A DNA stretch of 63,691 nucleotides, the filler included, from Folioceros fuciformis (taxonomy: Eukaryota), in assembly GCA_049999805.1 (NCBI GenBank). It is 4 parts of 2 records of this genome, joined end to end, with 100 filler letters (N's around TTAATTAATTAA, not from the genome) between each part and the next. Parts side by side here need not be neighbours in the genome. Positions count along the whole stretch, not along the records: positions 22,354 to 39,312 come from JBNGIO010006317.1; 3 more parts are not named here. The stretch is one strand, 5' to 3'. Below the pieces are notes generated by a model. The model saw nothing but the letters and a program-made list of their open reading frames with translations, ran no database searches and had not been told where the DNA came from. The position numbers and the translations under genes are program-made. Of this stretch, positions 23,384 to 34,541 are shown one piece after another; positions within the stretch are counted from its first letter, which is position 1, and every line of letters starts with the position of its first letter.

Positions 23384-23497
23384 ATGTCGACAGAGTGGAG
23401 AAGTGTCGACACCCAGTGCGCTGATCCGGACCCGGGTGGATCGCTTGCGCAGCGCTTGGCTTCATGAGATTAGGACTCAAATTGAGAGTGTCGACAT
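23384..23497. promoter_or_regulatory. Cluster of zinc deficiency response elements (ZDRE, RTGTCGACAY)
   Basis: GTGTCGACAC at 23403-23412 and GTGTCGACAT at 23488-23497 are perfect matches; ATGTCGACAG at 23384-23393 has one mismatch. All lie upstream of a ZIP transporter. Confidence 0.85.
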
Positions 23498-24501
23498 CTG
23501 TGCCGGACAGGAAGTCGGGGCTCCGCTGCTTCACCACGCCCGAGCAATCCCGACTCCCTCATGCTTCTCCGGCCTTCTCGGATCGAGCTTGTCGGATCGT
23601 GAACCGGGCCCGGCCGCCCCTGTTCCTCTCCCGGACCGGGGCCTTCCTCATATGAGCATGCGGCAGCGCCCGGCTCCCGCACTGCTTCCACGCTCCCTGG
23701 CGTATGGCAACAGCTGGTGCCATTTTTCAGGACGTGCTGCCGCCGGCTCCCGCCTCTGTCGGGGCCAGCCAAGGCGCGCGTGACTTCGCAGCTCGGCTCA
23801 CGTCGCCACCTCGCTGTTCTTAAGGTGCGCGATGCGGAATTACGCATTGGCCTTGCTTGCTTGCTTGCATGCATGCATGCCCGGTGTTCTCGTCAGTTCT
23901 TGCCGCCCGCCGACTCCCCCTCCCGCCCATTTCGTGTGTATGCTTTGTTTTGGTTTCGCAGGAGTCGGGTTCAGTGTTGTGTGGCTTTGCGAGTCTCTTG
24001 ACGGCACCGCGGATTGCTGATTTGGTTGTCGCAATCTCGCAAACACCGGATTGAGTGGTTTGCAGAAAAAACAAAAGCAAATTTGTGGGTTTGGTAGAGA
24101 AGGAAGGATTGTGAGTTGGGTCGAGGTTGGAATCCGGTCCGGGGCCCCGGGATTGCGTCCGGGAAGGCTCGGTTTGCGCTGAGGAGATGGCGATTCGGTC
24201 TGTCTTGCCTCTCTCTGGTAATGCCAGTTGCCGGTTTGAAGTCAGGTGTGCTGCATGTGTGTGCGTTGAGGGTGGGGTCAGCATGAATTGGAAGGCCCAA
24301 TGCGGCTGTTTTTGGCTCTCTCGCCAGCGCCTCAGTTTCTGCATTTGTTGATGCAGGTGGGGAGCTGCTTCTCAGTTCAGGGCTTGAAGCTGGTGCTGAG
24401 CACGTAGTAGGTAAGTTTCTGCCGAATTTGATGCGTCTAGTGGTAATTTGAAATCTTTGCTGATGGAGGGCGTGCCTCTTGGCTGTTGAACAGGCTCCGT
24501 C

Positions 24502-25727
24502 ATGGCTCAGGTGGATTGTAGTGTCGGGCTTGATGAATGCAAGGACAGTCAGTCTGCCACGCTGCTCAAGGGAGCTGCTGTTGCTGCCATACTTGTCAGC
24601 AGCAGTCTGGGGGTGCTGATCCCCATACTTGGAAGCAGGTTTCCTTTTCTGAGTCCAGACGGCAATTTCTTCTTCGTTACCAAATCCTTCGCAGCCGGAG
24701 TCATTCTTGCGACGGCGTTTGTGCACATTCTGCCTGATGCCATGGAAACTCTGTCCAACCCCTGCTTGCCTGAGAAGCCGTGGAGTAAATTTCCCTTCTC
24801 GGGCTGCATTGCCATGGCGGCAGCCTTCATGACGCTCGTCATTGATTTCGCGGCTACCCAGTACTATGAGAAGCAGCAGTTGGGGGCACACGGACATGGA
24901 CAAGAACAAAGCACGCTGGACGTGGAGAAGGGACCAATTGCAGGCGAATCTGGAGATGTGAACAAGAACCTGGCCATAGTGGGCTTGCATTCGCACCCTG
25001 ACCACGGTCATCACGTACACGACTTGACGACGCCTGAGGAAGAAGCGAGGATGGCTCAGATCAGGCATGTGGTGATCTCTCAGGTACAGTGCCTCCTTCC
25101 CGGCTTTGCCGATGTTGCTTTTTTGGAAGAGGCTGGATCCCAGAGGCTCATGAATTCATTACTTTAATTTGCAGGTTCTGGAGCTGGGAATCGTGGCCCA
25201 TTCCGTTATCATTGGAGTGACCTTGGGAGTGTCGAGCAGCCCCTGCACAATCAAGCCGCTCTTGGCTGCGCTCTGCTTTCATCAGTTTTTTGAAGGATTC
25301 GCTCTCGGAGGTTGCATCACGCAGGTGGACCAACCCTCAGCCCCTTTTCCCTCGAAAGCGCGATGTTGATATCGGAATTGTGCTGAAACTAACGCGAGTG
25401 CTGCTTGTCATGGTTCTTCAGGCGTCCTTCAAGAAGCTCTCGACTTACGTGATGGCCTTCTTCTTCACTATCACCACTCCTCTGGGTATAGCGATCGGAA
25501 TTGGTATCGAAAACGGCTACAACCAGAAGAGTCCAAAGGCCTTGATTGTGCAGGGAACCTTCGACTCTATGGCAGCAGGAATTCTGACCTACATGGCTTT
25601 GGTAGATTTGATCGCTGCGGACTTCTTGAGCAAGCGTCTTCGCAGCGACCTCCGGTTGCAATTGCTGTCATTCTTTGGTTTGTTTTGCGGGGCAGCGGCT
25701 ATGTCTTTGCTTGCCATATGGGCCTAA
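24502..25727 (+). CDS. ZIP-family zinc/iron transporter (ZIP4/IRT3-like), 3 coding exons, ~345 aa
   Basis: Exons 24502-25083, 25175-25324, 25422-25727. Motifs [20 protein letters not shown], a His-rich loop, [20 protein letters not shown] and [12 protein letters not shown]. Confidence 0.93.
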
Positions 25728-26516
25728 TGCTGTGCTCAGTACTGTATGAGCCCTTGTGTCCGTGCGTGAATAGTTACGAATTTCCGCCCAACAACGAGAA
25801 CTGAACAGATTGACAAGCGGTTCAGGGTCGACTACGACCTCTACACCGAAAGCTCCGAAGACAGTTCAATCCCTGTGGGCGCAGAGGACTTCCAGAGCAG
25901 CAACCATACAGACAAGCAGGACGGAAGTGTGACACATATAAACCAGTCGCCTGACTTGGCTTGAGGATCGAAGGCCATTCATATGATTCTCATGGCAGCC
26001 TATCATACCTGCCGACAGGAGTATGCTTTCCAGCTTGGTTGGGGGGAAAATATTCGGATCAGTGCGCCTGTCAAATCGGCACTACAAAGAGGTACCTATG
26101 CACATGATTCTTTCAATGTCCATGACGTTGGCAAACAACTTCCGTTAACCGGAAGTGCAGATGGATGATACATATCTATTCCAATTTCAGAAGGAGTTCG
26201 GCTGTGAAACGCAGCACCATTGACAAGAAAATGCTGGCGTAGAAACCTTGAGGCAAAATCCTTGTTTTTGTCGTGATTATTACGCATGCGCACCGTCGTC
26301 AGCCTAATGAACTGAAGGCACAAGTCTGGAGATGCTTGAAAGCTTGTGTTGCACTCACACCCACAGCTTCCCGCCTTCCGGCATGGGAAAACCATGGCTG
26401 TCCAGTTTGTGCCTATCAAACCACACGCATGGACTCCAGGCTAATCCGCAGATGTGAAACGTATTAGGAAGTCGCAAAGATTAAAGAATCTGCCCCACAG
26501 ACTTCTCACAAGGCCA

Positions 26517-29500
26517 TCATAAGATGTATCTCTGGATAGCCTCAGCCACTCCATCATCGTCGTTGCTACTCACTTGCGCGTCGGCCACAGCAAGCGTCTC
26601 TGCAGCCCCGTTCGCCATGGCAACCCCCAAACCAACTAGTTGCAACATCTCACGATCGTTCTCCCCGTCTCCTATAGCCATCACCTGAGACGAACGCATG
26701 TCAGAAGGGGCAAGTACACGACATGCCACCGCGGTAAGACCCATGTCTCGTTGAATAGTAGATGACTTTTACCTCTTCTGGGGGAATGTGCAGGTGATCC
26801 AGCAGAAGCTGCACCCCAGATCCTTTAGATGCACCTGGTGGTAGTATTTCCAGCATTTCAGGCACAGCCTGCACCACGGTAGCTCGGCCCCTAGTAGCTG
26901 AGTACCAATGAGGTCGCAAAAACTCGGCTACTGAGGCTTTCGAGTCACAGAACAGCAATTTCTGCACCCAGCCAGGGGACAACACTTTAGGGTACCCTGA
27001 ATGCAGATAACAACAGAGGAGTGGATGCTCAAGCTGGGGAGCCGTGGACATGCCTGAATTGGGACTGTTGTTACAATATGCTCAATAGAGGGCATAACTT
27101 GTGCCTGCACAGTTCAGTGAAGAACTGAGAAACAGCTACAAAGATAAAGCAAGGCGAACATCCCAGATCACCCTACCCAGCCAGTCTCTGTACCTTGGGT
27201 TCATAAAACACGGTGTGTAGCATGTCCAAGTTCGGGTGCTCGAAAAGAGTTACACATTGATCACCGGTGAAGCCCACCAAGGGCGTGCGATGCTTCAAAG
27301 AGAAGGCAAACGCCTACAGAGCATCCGCAAGGTCAAACTCTATACCACAACACTTACTTCAATCACACAGCTATGGCGATGCTTGCCTCGGAGCAGATGT
27401 CAGAGGAAAGAAGATTCCTGTGAACCAGCGAGCCGCCTTGTCCATAGACCAGTAAGCCCTGGATGAATAGAGATGAATCAGAAACGTGTGGACTTTTAGA
27501 GCTCCAAGTCGGAAGCAACGAGCATAAGCAGGGCCAACAGACCTGTAGAAACACCCCTGGAGTGGATACAGAAATCGCGCCACCGTTGTGGGCTAGGCCC
27601 ACGGCGTCCAATGCTGCTATTGCAGCTGGTCTTGCCTGTAATAAAATAAATAGTTACCTCCAATTAGTACTATGGCATGCACTTGTTTTCTCTCGCTCAG
27701 GCAGACGAAGTTGTTTCTCATCGACTTGACGATCACCAGTTTTAGCAGCTCACATATGATTGACTCAAGTCCCTACCTTTCCAGTGGCAATCACAACCTG
27801 GACGCCAGCTGTTATAGCTGCCCTGACGGCATCTGCAGTTCTGTTGGTGACTTTGCTTTGGCTATTGAGAAGAGTTCCTACCAGGACAGATGCAGGTCAT
27901 CAAGAACTGTACTGCACAACACTCGATACCAAGAAAGCTTCACCACATTCTCAACGAACCCTTCACCAAGTGCTGTCCTCTTACCATCCATGTCACAAAA
28001 TAATAGTTTGAAAGGGGGACTCCTGTGTCTTGCACTCTTTTGGCTTGCACCCGCTTGGCCTCGCTTAGTAGCTTCGGTATCTGCAATTCAAATGATGGAC
28101 CTCACCGGCCAGCATGCTCTGTGACTAGCAATGCCAACCTTCCATTCCATCAGGAAATGCTGACGCTGACAGAGACTTTCACGCCAAATTCCTTTCGATG
28201 TATGGCACACCAGAAATAGTGAAAGATGCACCCGTGTATGCACTGTCTAGACCTTGAAGTGTTGACACACTTGTCGGGGTTTTCTCCGTGCTACCATCAT
28301 CGCTGTTAGCTGCCTGAAGAGAGAAGTTGATCAACCCATCCCCTTGCCAGCCGAGAGTGTTGAGAATATGCTTCTCGGCATCCTCCATGTCCTGCGCCTC
28401 TTCAGGTCCTTCCTCATGGTCATAACCCAGAACATGCAGCAGACCATGAACCTGGCAATGATAGCACGCCTTAGCAACACGAAGGAATCTAGATACTATA
28501 TCAAGGCTGGCTACAAGCGGCAGGGACAAAACCTCACCAAAAGTATCCGCACTTCATCCAGAAGCGTGTGACCCCTTTCCTTCGCCTGACGTGCCGCGGT
28601 GTCAATAGATATGACAACATCGCCCAACAGCCACTGCACCACAGTAAGAAGACAGTCAGATACCCCCGCGATCCGACCAAGACGGATAATCACATGAATG
28701 CTGGCACTGAAGCTAAATGCCTCACAATTGATGAGACCCCTGGAGCCTGCGCTTGAGGAAACGAAAGAACGTCCGTGGGACTGTCTTTCCCAAGCCACTG
28801 ACTATTCAGCTCCCGTATGTAAGCGTCACTGCATATCACAACAGAGAGTTCAATCGTTTTTGCAAACTCTGCCTCATCCATACCATCTACGGCCAGCCTC
28901 ACAGCCTGCGGCGCATCTTTCTCGAGCTGCTCCAGTATAATCTGCAGAGAAAAAACTACCCACTATTCACCACGCTTAACAGAGCATCTGAGTCTTTGAA
29001 CCGAGGGAGCACCAAACACACCTCGAAACATCACATGCACTCAAAAATGAAGCTCACACTCAGAGCATCTCCAGGAGAATAGCCAAAGCAAAGGGAAGCA
29101 CAATGCAGACACCTGAAAATCAGCATCAACCACGGTAGATTCCTCCACCGTAATTGGCACTTGCACATCAACCCCGTCGCGAACCGTGGAGGTACACAGA
29201 CTCCGCGCACCTCCAAGGAAGCTGCTCCCAGATCGGAAGCCCTGGCACCGGCCCCTGGCATGGTTCACTGCAGAAGGAGATTTCTTCACGAGCCTCCCTC
29301 CATTCTTACAGGCCCGGAATCGGAATGGGCTTGCAGTAGAAAAACTACTCTCAGGAATGGCAGCGAAGCCAGTACCAGGGCCTAGGATCCTGCGAACATG
29401 TAACCTCCCTGATGTCCGAATCACACTCCCAGCAACCTCCATCCTCACGCCTGGTGACATTGCGCGGTGCAGCACGACGGCAGCAACCCAGTTCTCCAAG

Positions 29501-29616
29501 GTTGTGGAACCGGAAGAAGAGGCAAACAGGGATCTGCTCATCACAACTGGAAGTGTGCGGGCGAGAACAGCCATGGCGCCGAGGAATGCACGGCGTTGTC
29601 CGCCCGTTGTGAGCAT
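26517..29616 (-). CDS. YBEY: Organellar endoribonuclease YbeY fused to Cof-type HAD domain (multi-exon)
   Basis: Transit-peptide-like first exon; [40 protein letters not shown] segments [25 protein letters not shown] and [12 protein letters not shown]. Confidence 0.93.
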
Positions 29617-29806
29617 TCCTTGTTCGGTATTCGTTTCCTCTGCCCAGGGTTTAGATAAACCCGTGGTCAGGGTTTAGCACCTCGTTCACACGAGGCGTGC
29701 TGTTGAAATGGTGCCGATTGCTCCCTTCTGTGACCGAGATCGCTTGTCCCAATGAGGTCGTGGTTTGAACAAAGTGTTGACCCGCGTACGAGGCGGTGAA
29801 GGAGTA

Positions 29807-30677
29807 ATGGGTGCCAGAAGCAAATATTACGGCGTTGTGCAGAGGGCTTGGGGTCTTCTGTCGTCCTCCCTATCCGAGAGTTTGGTGACGAAACCTTCGC
29901 AGGGCACTGCCCGAGCTGCGAATCAGGTATGGGATTTGTTGACACGAGGTGGAGGTGGAGGTGGAGGTGGAGGTGGAGGTGGAGGTGGAGGTGGAGTGGA
30001 GCATGGCTGGGGAGCTTGCTGACATGTCTGTGTTGGAATTCTTGCAGGGGTTTGTGTGCTGCGCTCGCCTGTTCCACGGGGATAGGGTTAGTTCCGCTCT
30101 CGAGACTGTGACACTTGGGGGCGTGCAAGAGAGTGCTCTGGCGGAGTCGGAGGCTGCTGAGAGTCCGGGGTATAGTTTTAGGGATGAAAAGCTTGTAGGG
30201 CGCAGGGGCACTTACAATCGGTCAGACAGTTTGAGTTACTTGCACGCCAGGCAGAGGCAGGTGGTGAGGAAGCTGGTCAATATCTGCATGACAGATGGGA
30301 AGAAGGCTACCTCTCGGGGAATCATCTACAAGACCTTGACCAATCTGGCCCAGCATGGTGATGTGGTGTCCATCTTGGACAGGGCTTTGGAAAATGTGAA
30401 ACCTGTGTGTGAGGTGAAGAAGGTGAGGAAGGCTGGCACCACTCAGCTGGTGCCCTGCGTTATTGCAAGGAACCGGCAGGAGACGTTAGCTATGCGGTGG
30501 ATACTTGATGCTGCTGTGAAACAGCAAGGTGCCAAGAAAAATCTGAGCTTAGATCAGTGTCTGTCAGCCGAGATTTTAGAGGCTTCTCAGAAGTCAGGCG
30601 GTGCAAGGAAGAAACGAGATGAGCTTCACAAACTTGCTGAAGCTAATCGGGGCTCCGCCCATTTTAGGTGGTGGTAA
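29807..30677 (+). CDS. RPS7: Nuclear-encoded, mitochondrial-type ribosomal protein S7 with acquired presequence exon
   Basis: Exon 1 (29807-29926, MGARSKYYGVVQRAWGLLSSS...) splices in phase 0 to exon 2 (30048-30677), which encodes KLVNICMTDGKK...ENVKPVCEVKKVR...LAMRWI...LHKLAEANR..HFRWW. Confidence 0.9.
29947..29999. repeat. (GGAGGT)n microsatellite in the RPS7 intron
   Basis: About 8 hexamer copies; explains the spurious poly-VE/WR/G ORF starts. Confidence 0.9.
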
Positions 30678-30910
30678 TAGATGTAGAGTGGGCTCCGCCC
30701 ATTTTAGGTGGTGGTAATAGATGTAGAGTGGGCTCCGCCCATTTTAGGTGGTGGTAATAGATGTAGAGTGGGCTCCNNNNNNNNNNNNNNNNNNNNNNNN
30801 NNNNNNNNNNNNNNNNNNNNNNNNNNNNNNNNNNNNNNNNNNNNNNNNNNNNNNNNNNNNNNNNNNNNNNNNNNNNTAGATGTAGAGTGGGCTCCGCACA
30901 TTTTAGGTGA
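30650..30910. repeat. 40-bp tandem repeat derived from the RPS7 3' end
   Basis: Unit gggctccgcccattttaggtggtggtaatagatgtagagt, at least 4 copies, spanning a gap. Confidence 0.9.
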
Positions 30911-32233
30911 CGTTAGACGATTGCATGGGCTGACCTCTTTTGAGGTGTTGGCTGATTGATAGGTCTCTGGCCGTTCGAGGTGGTGGCAGATTATTATAGA
31001 TTTCCATCGGCGGTGTAATTTTCCTACTGGCTCCACGCGTAGGTTATGAATTGTAGGGTGTGGACTGGTGCAGGCGTGCAATAGGGCTCACTCCCGGCAA
31101 GCTCTATTTGCTGATCTGCTTTTGCGCATGTCTTTGAAACATTTCACCTGTTGGTAGCTGCCTGTGGGTGAGAGACTCAAGCCCCTCGACAGGTCGACAG
31201 TCAGACCTCCAAGATTCGCTCACGCTCTCCCCCAGGTGGAAGTTGTACGTCAATGCACATATTGTACTCTATTTAGATTGAAGGGCACTCCATCTGGGGT
31301 TCTCCCATGTTCGAGCCTGGAATGCCGCCTCTTAGGGCCAGGCGTGGACAACTTCCGACAAATGGATACTAACATTCCCGTCGCTCAGATGCTCTCGAAT
31401 GGTAAGAAGATTGCAGACCATAACACCCAGAGCCGAAGTGCTGTGACTGACGGAGATTTTGACTTGGTCCAAGTCTTCAGCGTCGAGATTGCACTCGAAT
31501 TGATGCGACATGTTGTAGCAGCCCCGAGAGTTTCCCGGTCCATAAGAGGCGGAGACACGTTTAGGAAAGGCCAATATTTTGTACAAGGCCAATATTATGT
31601 ACAACTTCGGTGCATGTCTCGGGCTCACAATTGTAGAGCGGGCTCGGGATGGTATAATTTTAAAGCCTAGTCCCCTGAGGAAGAGTGGGGACCTGAATCT
31701 CTCGGGAAGGCTCTCCTCGCTCCACTAGGCTGTCCGGTGCCCACTACGCGTCACCACCAAGCACGGGAAGCAGCGCAAACTGCTCAATGTGTTTCAGGAG
31801 AAGCAGAAAGAAAGCCAAGAAAGTGATCAATAGAAAGTGGCCACCCGAGTCTACGAAGCCCACATTCAGCCCGTCCATGGCAGGCACAGCAGCAGGTATG
31901 CACAGATAGCTGCAGGCCTGACCTTCGCTCCAATAACGCACTTGTTTACAGCAATGACTGGCGACGAAGTTCCAAATCCCGCACCATCTGTGGACGTGGA
32001 ATTACAGCGCGCACGAACATTTCTCTACAAAGACAGATGCAGCGAATGGGACAGTGAGAATAAAGTGGTAGTCAACAACCCCACAGCGTGTCTGGAGTTC
32101 TCACCATGGATGAATCCACCTCTTGCCTTGCGGCGTGCTCTCCACCCATGCTATCTCCCCCAAACATCCCTACCATTCCCTGTACAGGGCTCTCACTTCA
32201 ACAGGTACGCAACGCGTACTCCCGTCCCAAGGA

Positions 32234-33904
32234 TCACCACCCGCTCTGCCGTTTATGCGGCTTGGGAGGGATTGGAGCCGGCTCCCAAGTTGCAATCGCC
32301 TCCACCGGTCTGCCCTTCCAAGCGTGCAGCATCCACCCATCGTCCTTCTTCAAGGACCAGTTCTCATGGTACTCCTGCAGCATCTCCCTGGCCCTCAAAA
32401 ACCTACTCTCCTTAATTGGCTTCATCTGGAACCCGGCATTCACCAACCGCCGATGCCACTGTTGGTAGCTCTCGGCCCGCTCCCTCCTCTCAAACCCCTC
32501 GCAAGCAATCACATTCATGATATCCCGAGCAATCAGCTGCTGTTCCAAGTATTCCCTCTCCAGAGGAAACCCCGCAAGAGAACACTCCATCACCTCGAGA
32601 TACCAGTTAAAATGCGACACGGCCTCAGGAATCCTGGCTGTCAAGAGAGGCACGTTGAGTGCCGCATTCGAGATCCCCATCACAAAAACCTTAGGCTTCA
32701 TCCTACAAATCCTATCTAAGACCGTCCTCCTTGGGTTCGACGGCACCACAAAGGCATCCAACAAATGCCGCAGCCGGAACATGCTGCAGACAGCCACGAC
32801 CTCATCAATCCGCACCTCCAGAGCCGAAATCTGCACATTCTCCCACTTATCCGCAAACCCCACAAACTCGAACTGGATCCCTAACGAGTCCGCCATTGCC
32901 GCCAACTTCTTCCCCGTCTCCTCGACCTGCCTCTTGGGGTTCTGCCCGGGCTGAGGGAACTCGATGCCCGTGATCCGCAACCTCGGCGGCCCCTCCGGCC
33001 GCTCCGCCAGCGCCCGCATCAGGCTCGGCCACTGCTGTCCGTTCAAGATCCCGTAGTCGATCACATGCACCCGCGAAGCACCCTGAAAGGCCTCCAGAAG
33101 CACGCCGTTGGCATACAAGTGCGCAATGCGAGGATTAGGATGTATCCTCCGCAGGAATTCGAACGCCTTGGGGCTCTCGAACACGGAATGACACCTGCCC
33201 TTCCGGAGCGTCGTGTAGAGATCCGGCCCCGCGCCGTACAGCCTAGCCACCAGAGCCTCCACCATGTAGTGCAGCAGCCGCTGCAACGTGGACCCCGTCG
33301 GAGACGCAAGCATCCGAATGTCGCTCACCAGCCTGGTGGCCGTGTCCACATCCTCCGCAGCCACGGCCTTGGCGCACTCCAGCAGCATCTCTTTCACATC
33401 ATCTAGGGTCAGCTCCGAGGACAAGAACCGGCCAGGCGGCGGCTGCTGCTCGAGCTGGAGGTGGAGCTGGAGCTTGGGAAGGGAATCCTGCGGGAGGCTA
33501 GCAGCCGCGGCCTCCGCCAGCCACATTTGGACGTCGGGGCGGGCGGCCGTGCCAGGGGAGAGGCCCAGCTGGGAGGCGACATCTCCCACCATCTCCGCCA
33601 GCTCATTGTGCACCACCTGGTATGCCAGGATGTCGTGCATGTCCGCCCGGTCTTGCTCCCCGTCCCCGTCCGCCAGCAGCTGCTGCTCCAGGGCGGCCAG
33701 GCTCTCGGACGGGGGCTGCGGGCCGTGGTCCTCCGGACAAGAGCCCTGGCTCCCGTATTCCGAGGACGGGGTCAGGGACTGCCGGGAGGTGACGCTGGTG
33801 AGGCTTGGTGTGGCCAGGAAGGTGTTCTCCGAGGAGGAATTCCTGGCCTGTGCCTGCACCAAGGCTCGCTGCAGCTGGGACGTAAGCGACGCCCGCTCCG
33901 CCAT
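32234..33904 (-). CDS. GRAS transcription factor, LISCL/SCL14-like, intronless
   Basis: LLECAKAVA, VHVIDYGI..GQQWP, PPRLRITGIEFPQPG, NPR..VL..I..MKP, NVIACEG.ERRERAESY.QW and WKGR...AIATW. First ATG at 33904. Confidence 0.92.
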   Translation of the reverse strand: MAERASLTSQLQRALVQAQARNSSSENTFLATPSLTSVTSRQSLTPSSEYGSQGSCPEDHGPQPPSESLAALEQQLLADGDGEQDRADMHDILAYQVVHNELAEMVGDVASQLGLSPGTAARPDVQMWLAEAAAASLPQDSLPKLQLHLQLEQQPPPGRFLSSELTLDDVKEMLLECAKAVAAEDVDTATRLVSDIRMLASPTGSTLQRLLHYMVEALVARLYGAGPDLYTTLRKGRCHSVFESPKAFEFLRRIHPNPRIAHLYANGVLLEAFQGASRVHVIDYGILNGQQWPSLMRALAERPEGPPRLRITGIEFPQPGQNPKRQVEETGKKLAAMADSLGIQFEFVGFADKWENVQISALEVRIDEVVAVCSMFRLRHLLDAFVVPSNPRRTVLDRICRMKPKVFVMGISNAALNVPLLTARIPEAVSHFNWYLEVMECSLAGFPLEREYLEQQLIARDIMNVIACEGFERRERAESYQQWHRRLVNAGFQMKPIKESRFLRAREMLQEYHENWSLKKDDGWMLHAWKGRPVEAIATWEPAPIPPKPHKRQSGW

Positions 33905-34439
33905 GGCGCTCGGCCGGGCCTGCACCAGTGTCACGCGAGTGCTTATCGTGGGGAGAAAAAACTCGTCTCAGTTGTACTCATGCATGCATCGCTGGATAGC
34001 TCTGCAACATTGGCGGGCCTCGTGACCACGGTACACTGACAGCCATCTCAATTTGTGGATTCTAAAAATCTGGGTCAACAGCCGTCCACTCGCATGGATC
34101 AGTCATTCACCAGACAACCCCCGGTGTAATGTCACAAAAACCTGTTTGTCACCCAAAGTGTCTCCAACTTTGTCCCTCGTTGGTCTCAGATTCACCCAGG
34201 CTAGTGTGTGGGTCAGGCGTATTTTCACCCCACAGTCCTTGTGAGTGGCTCTCGCACACAGGCTTACTGTAACCAGTACAGAGCGTGCGAGCAGATGCAG
34301 ATGACCCGGCCACCACGTGCCAGACATCATCAAAGCTTGTTTTGCATCCAACCTGCTGACCTCAAAGAACGTTCCACCAACTTAGCTTTGTTTTCTCACC
34401 CTCCCGAGAGTGTACCTCACCCAGGACAAAGGAAAACGG

Positions 34440-34541
34440 GCGACCACAAGACGGGGAATACGACATCGTGACCAGTTTTCGCACGAAGCGACCACAAGAC
34501 GGGGAATACGACATCGTGACCAGTTTTCGCACGAAGCGACC
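34440..34541. repeat. Perfect 48-bp tandem duplication
   Basis: gcgaccacaagacggggaatacgacatcgtgaccagttttcgcacgaa x2. Confidence 0.9.

Noticed and set aside
23971-25068. 365-aa minus-strand ORF
   Set aside because: Antisense to the ZIP gene and its leader; no recognisable domain.
29848-30211. ORFs with poly-WR, poly-HL, poly-ST, poly-G or poly-VE tracts
   Set aside because: All are translations of an intronic (GGAGGT)n microsatellite.
31164-32415. 168-aa and 192-aa plus-strand ORFs and an 18-bp duplication
   Set aside because: They lie in the convergent 3' regions of RPS7 and GRAS and show no motifs.
32517-34039. Long plus-strand ORFs over the GRAS gene
   Set aside because: Antisense shadows of a GC-rich coding sequence with no motifs.
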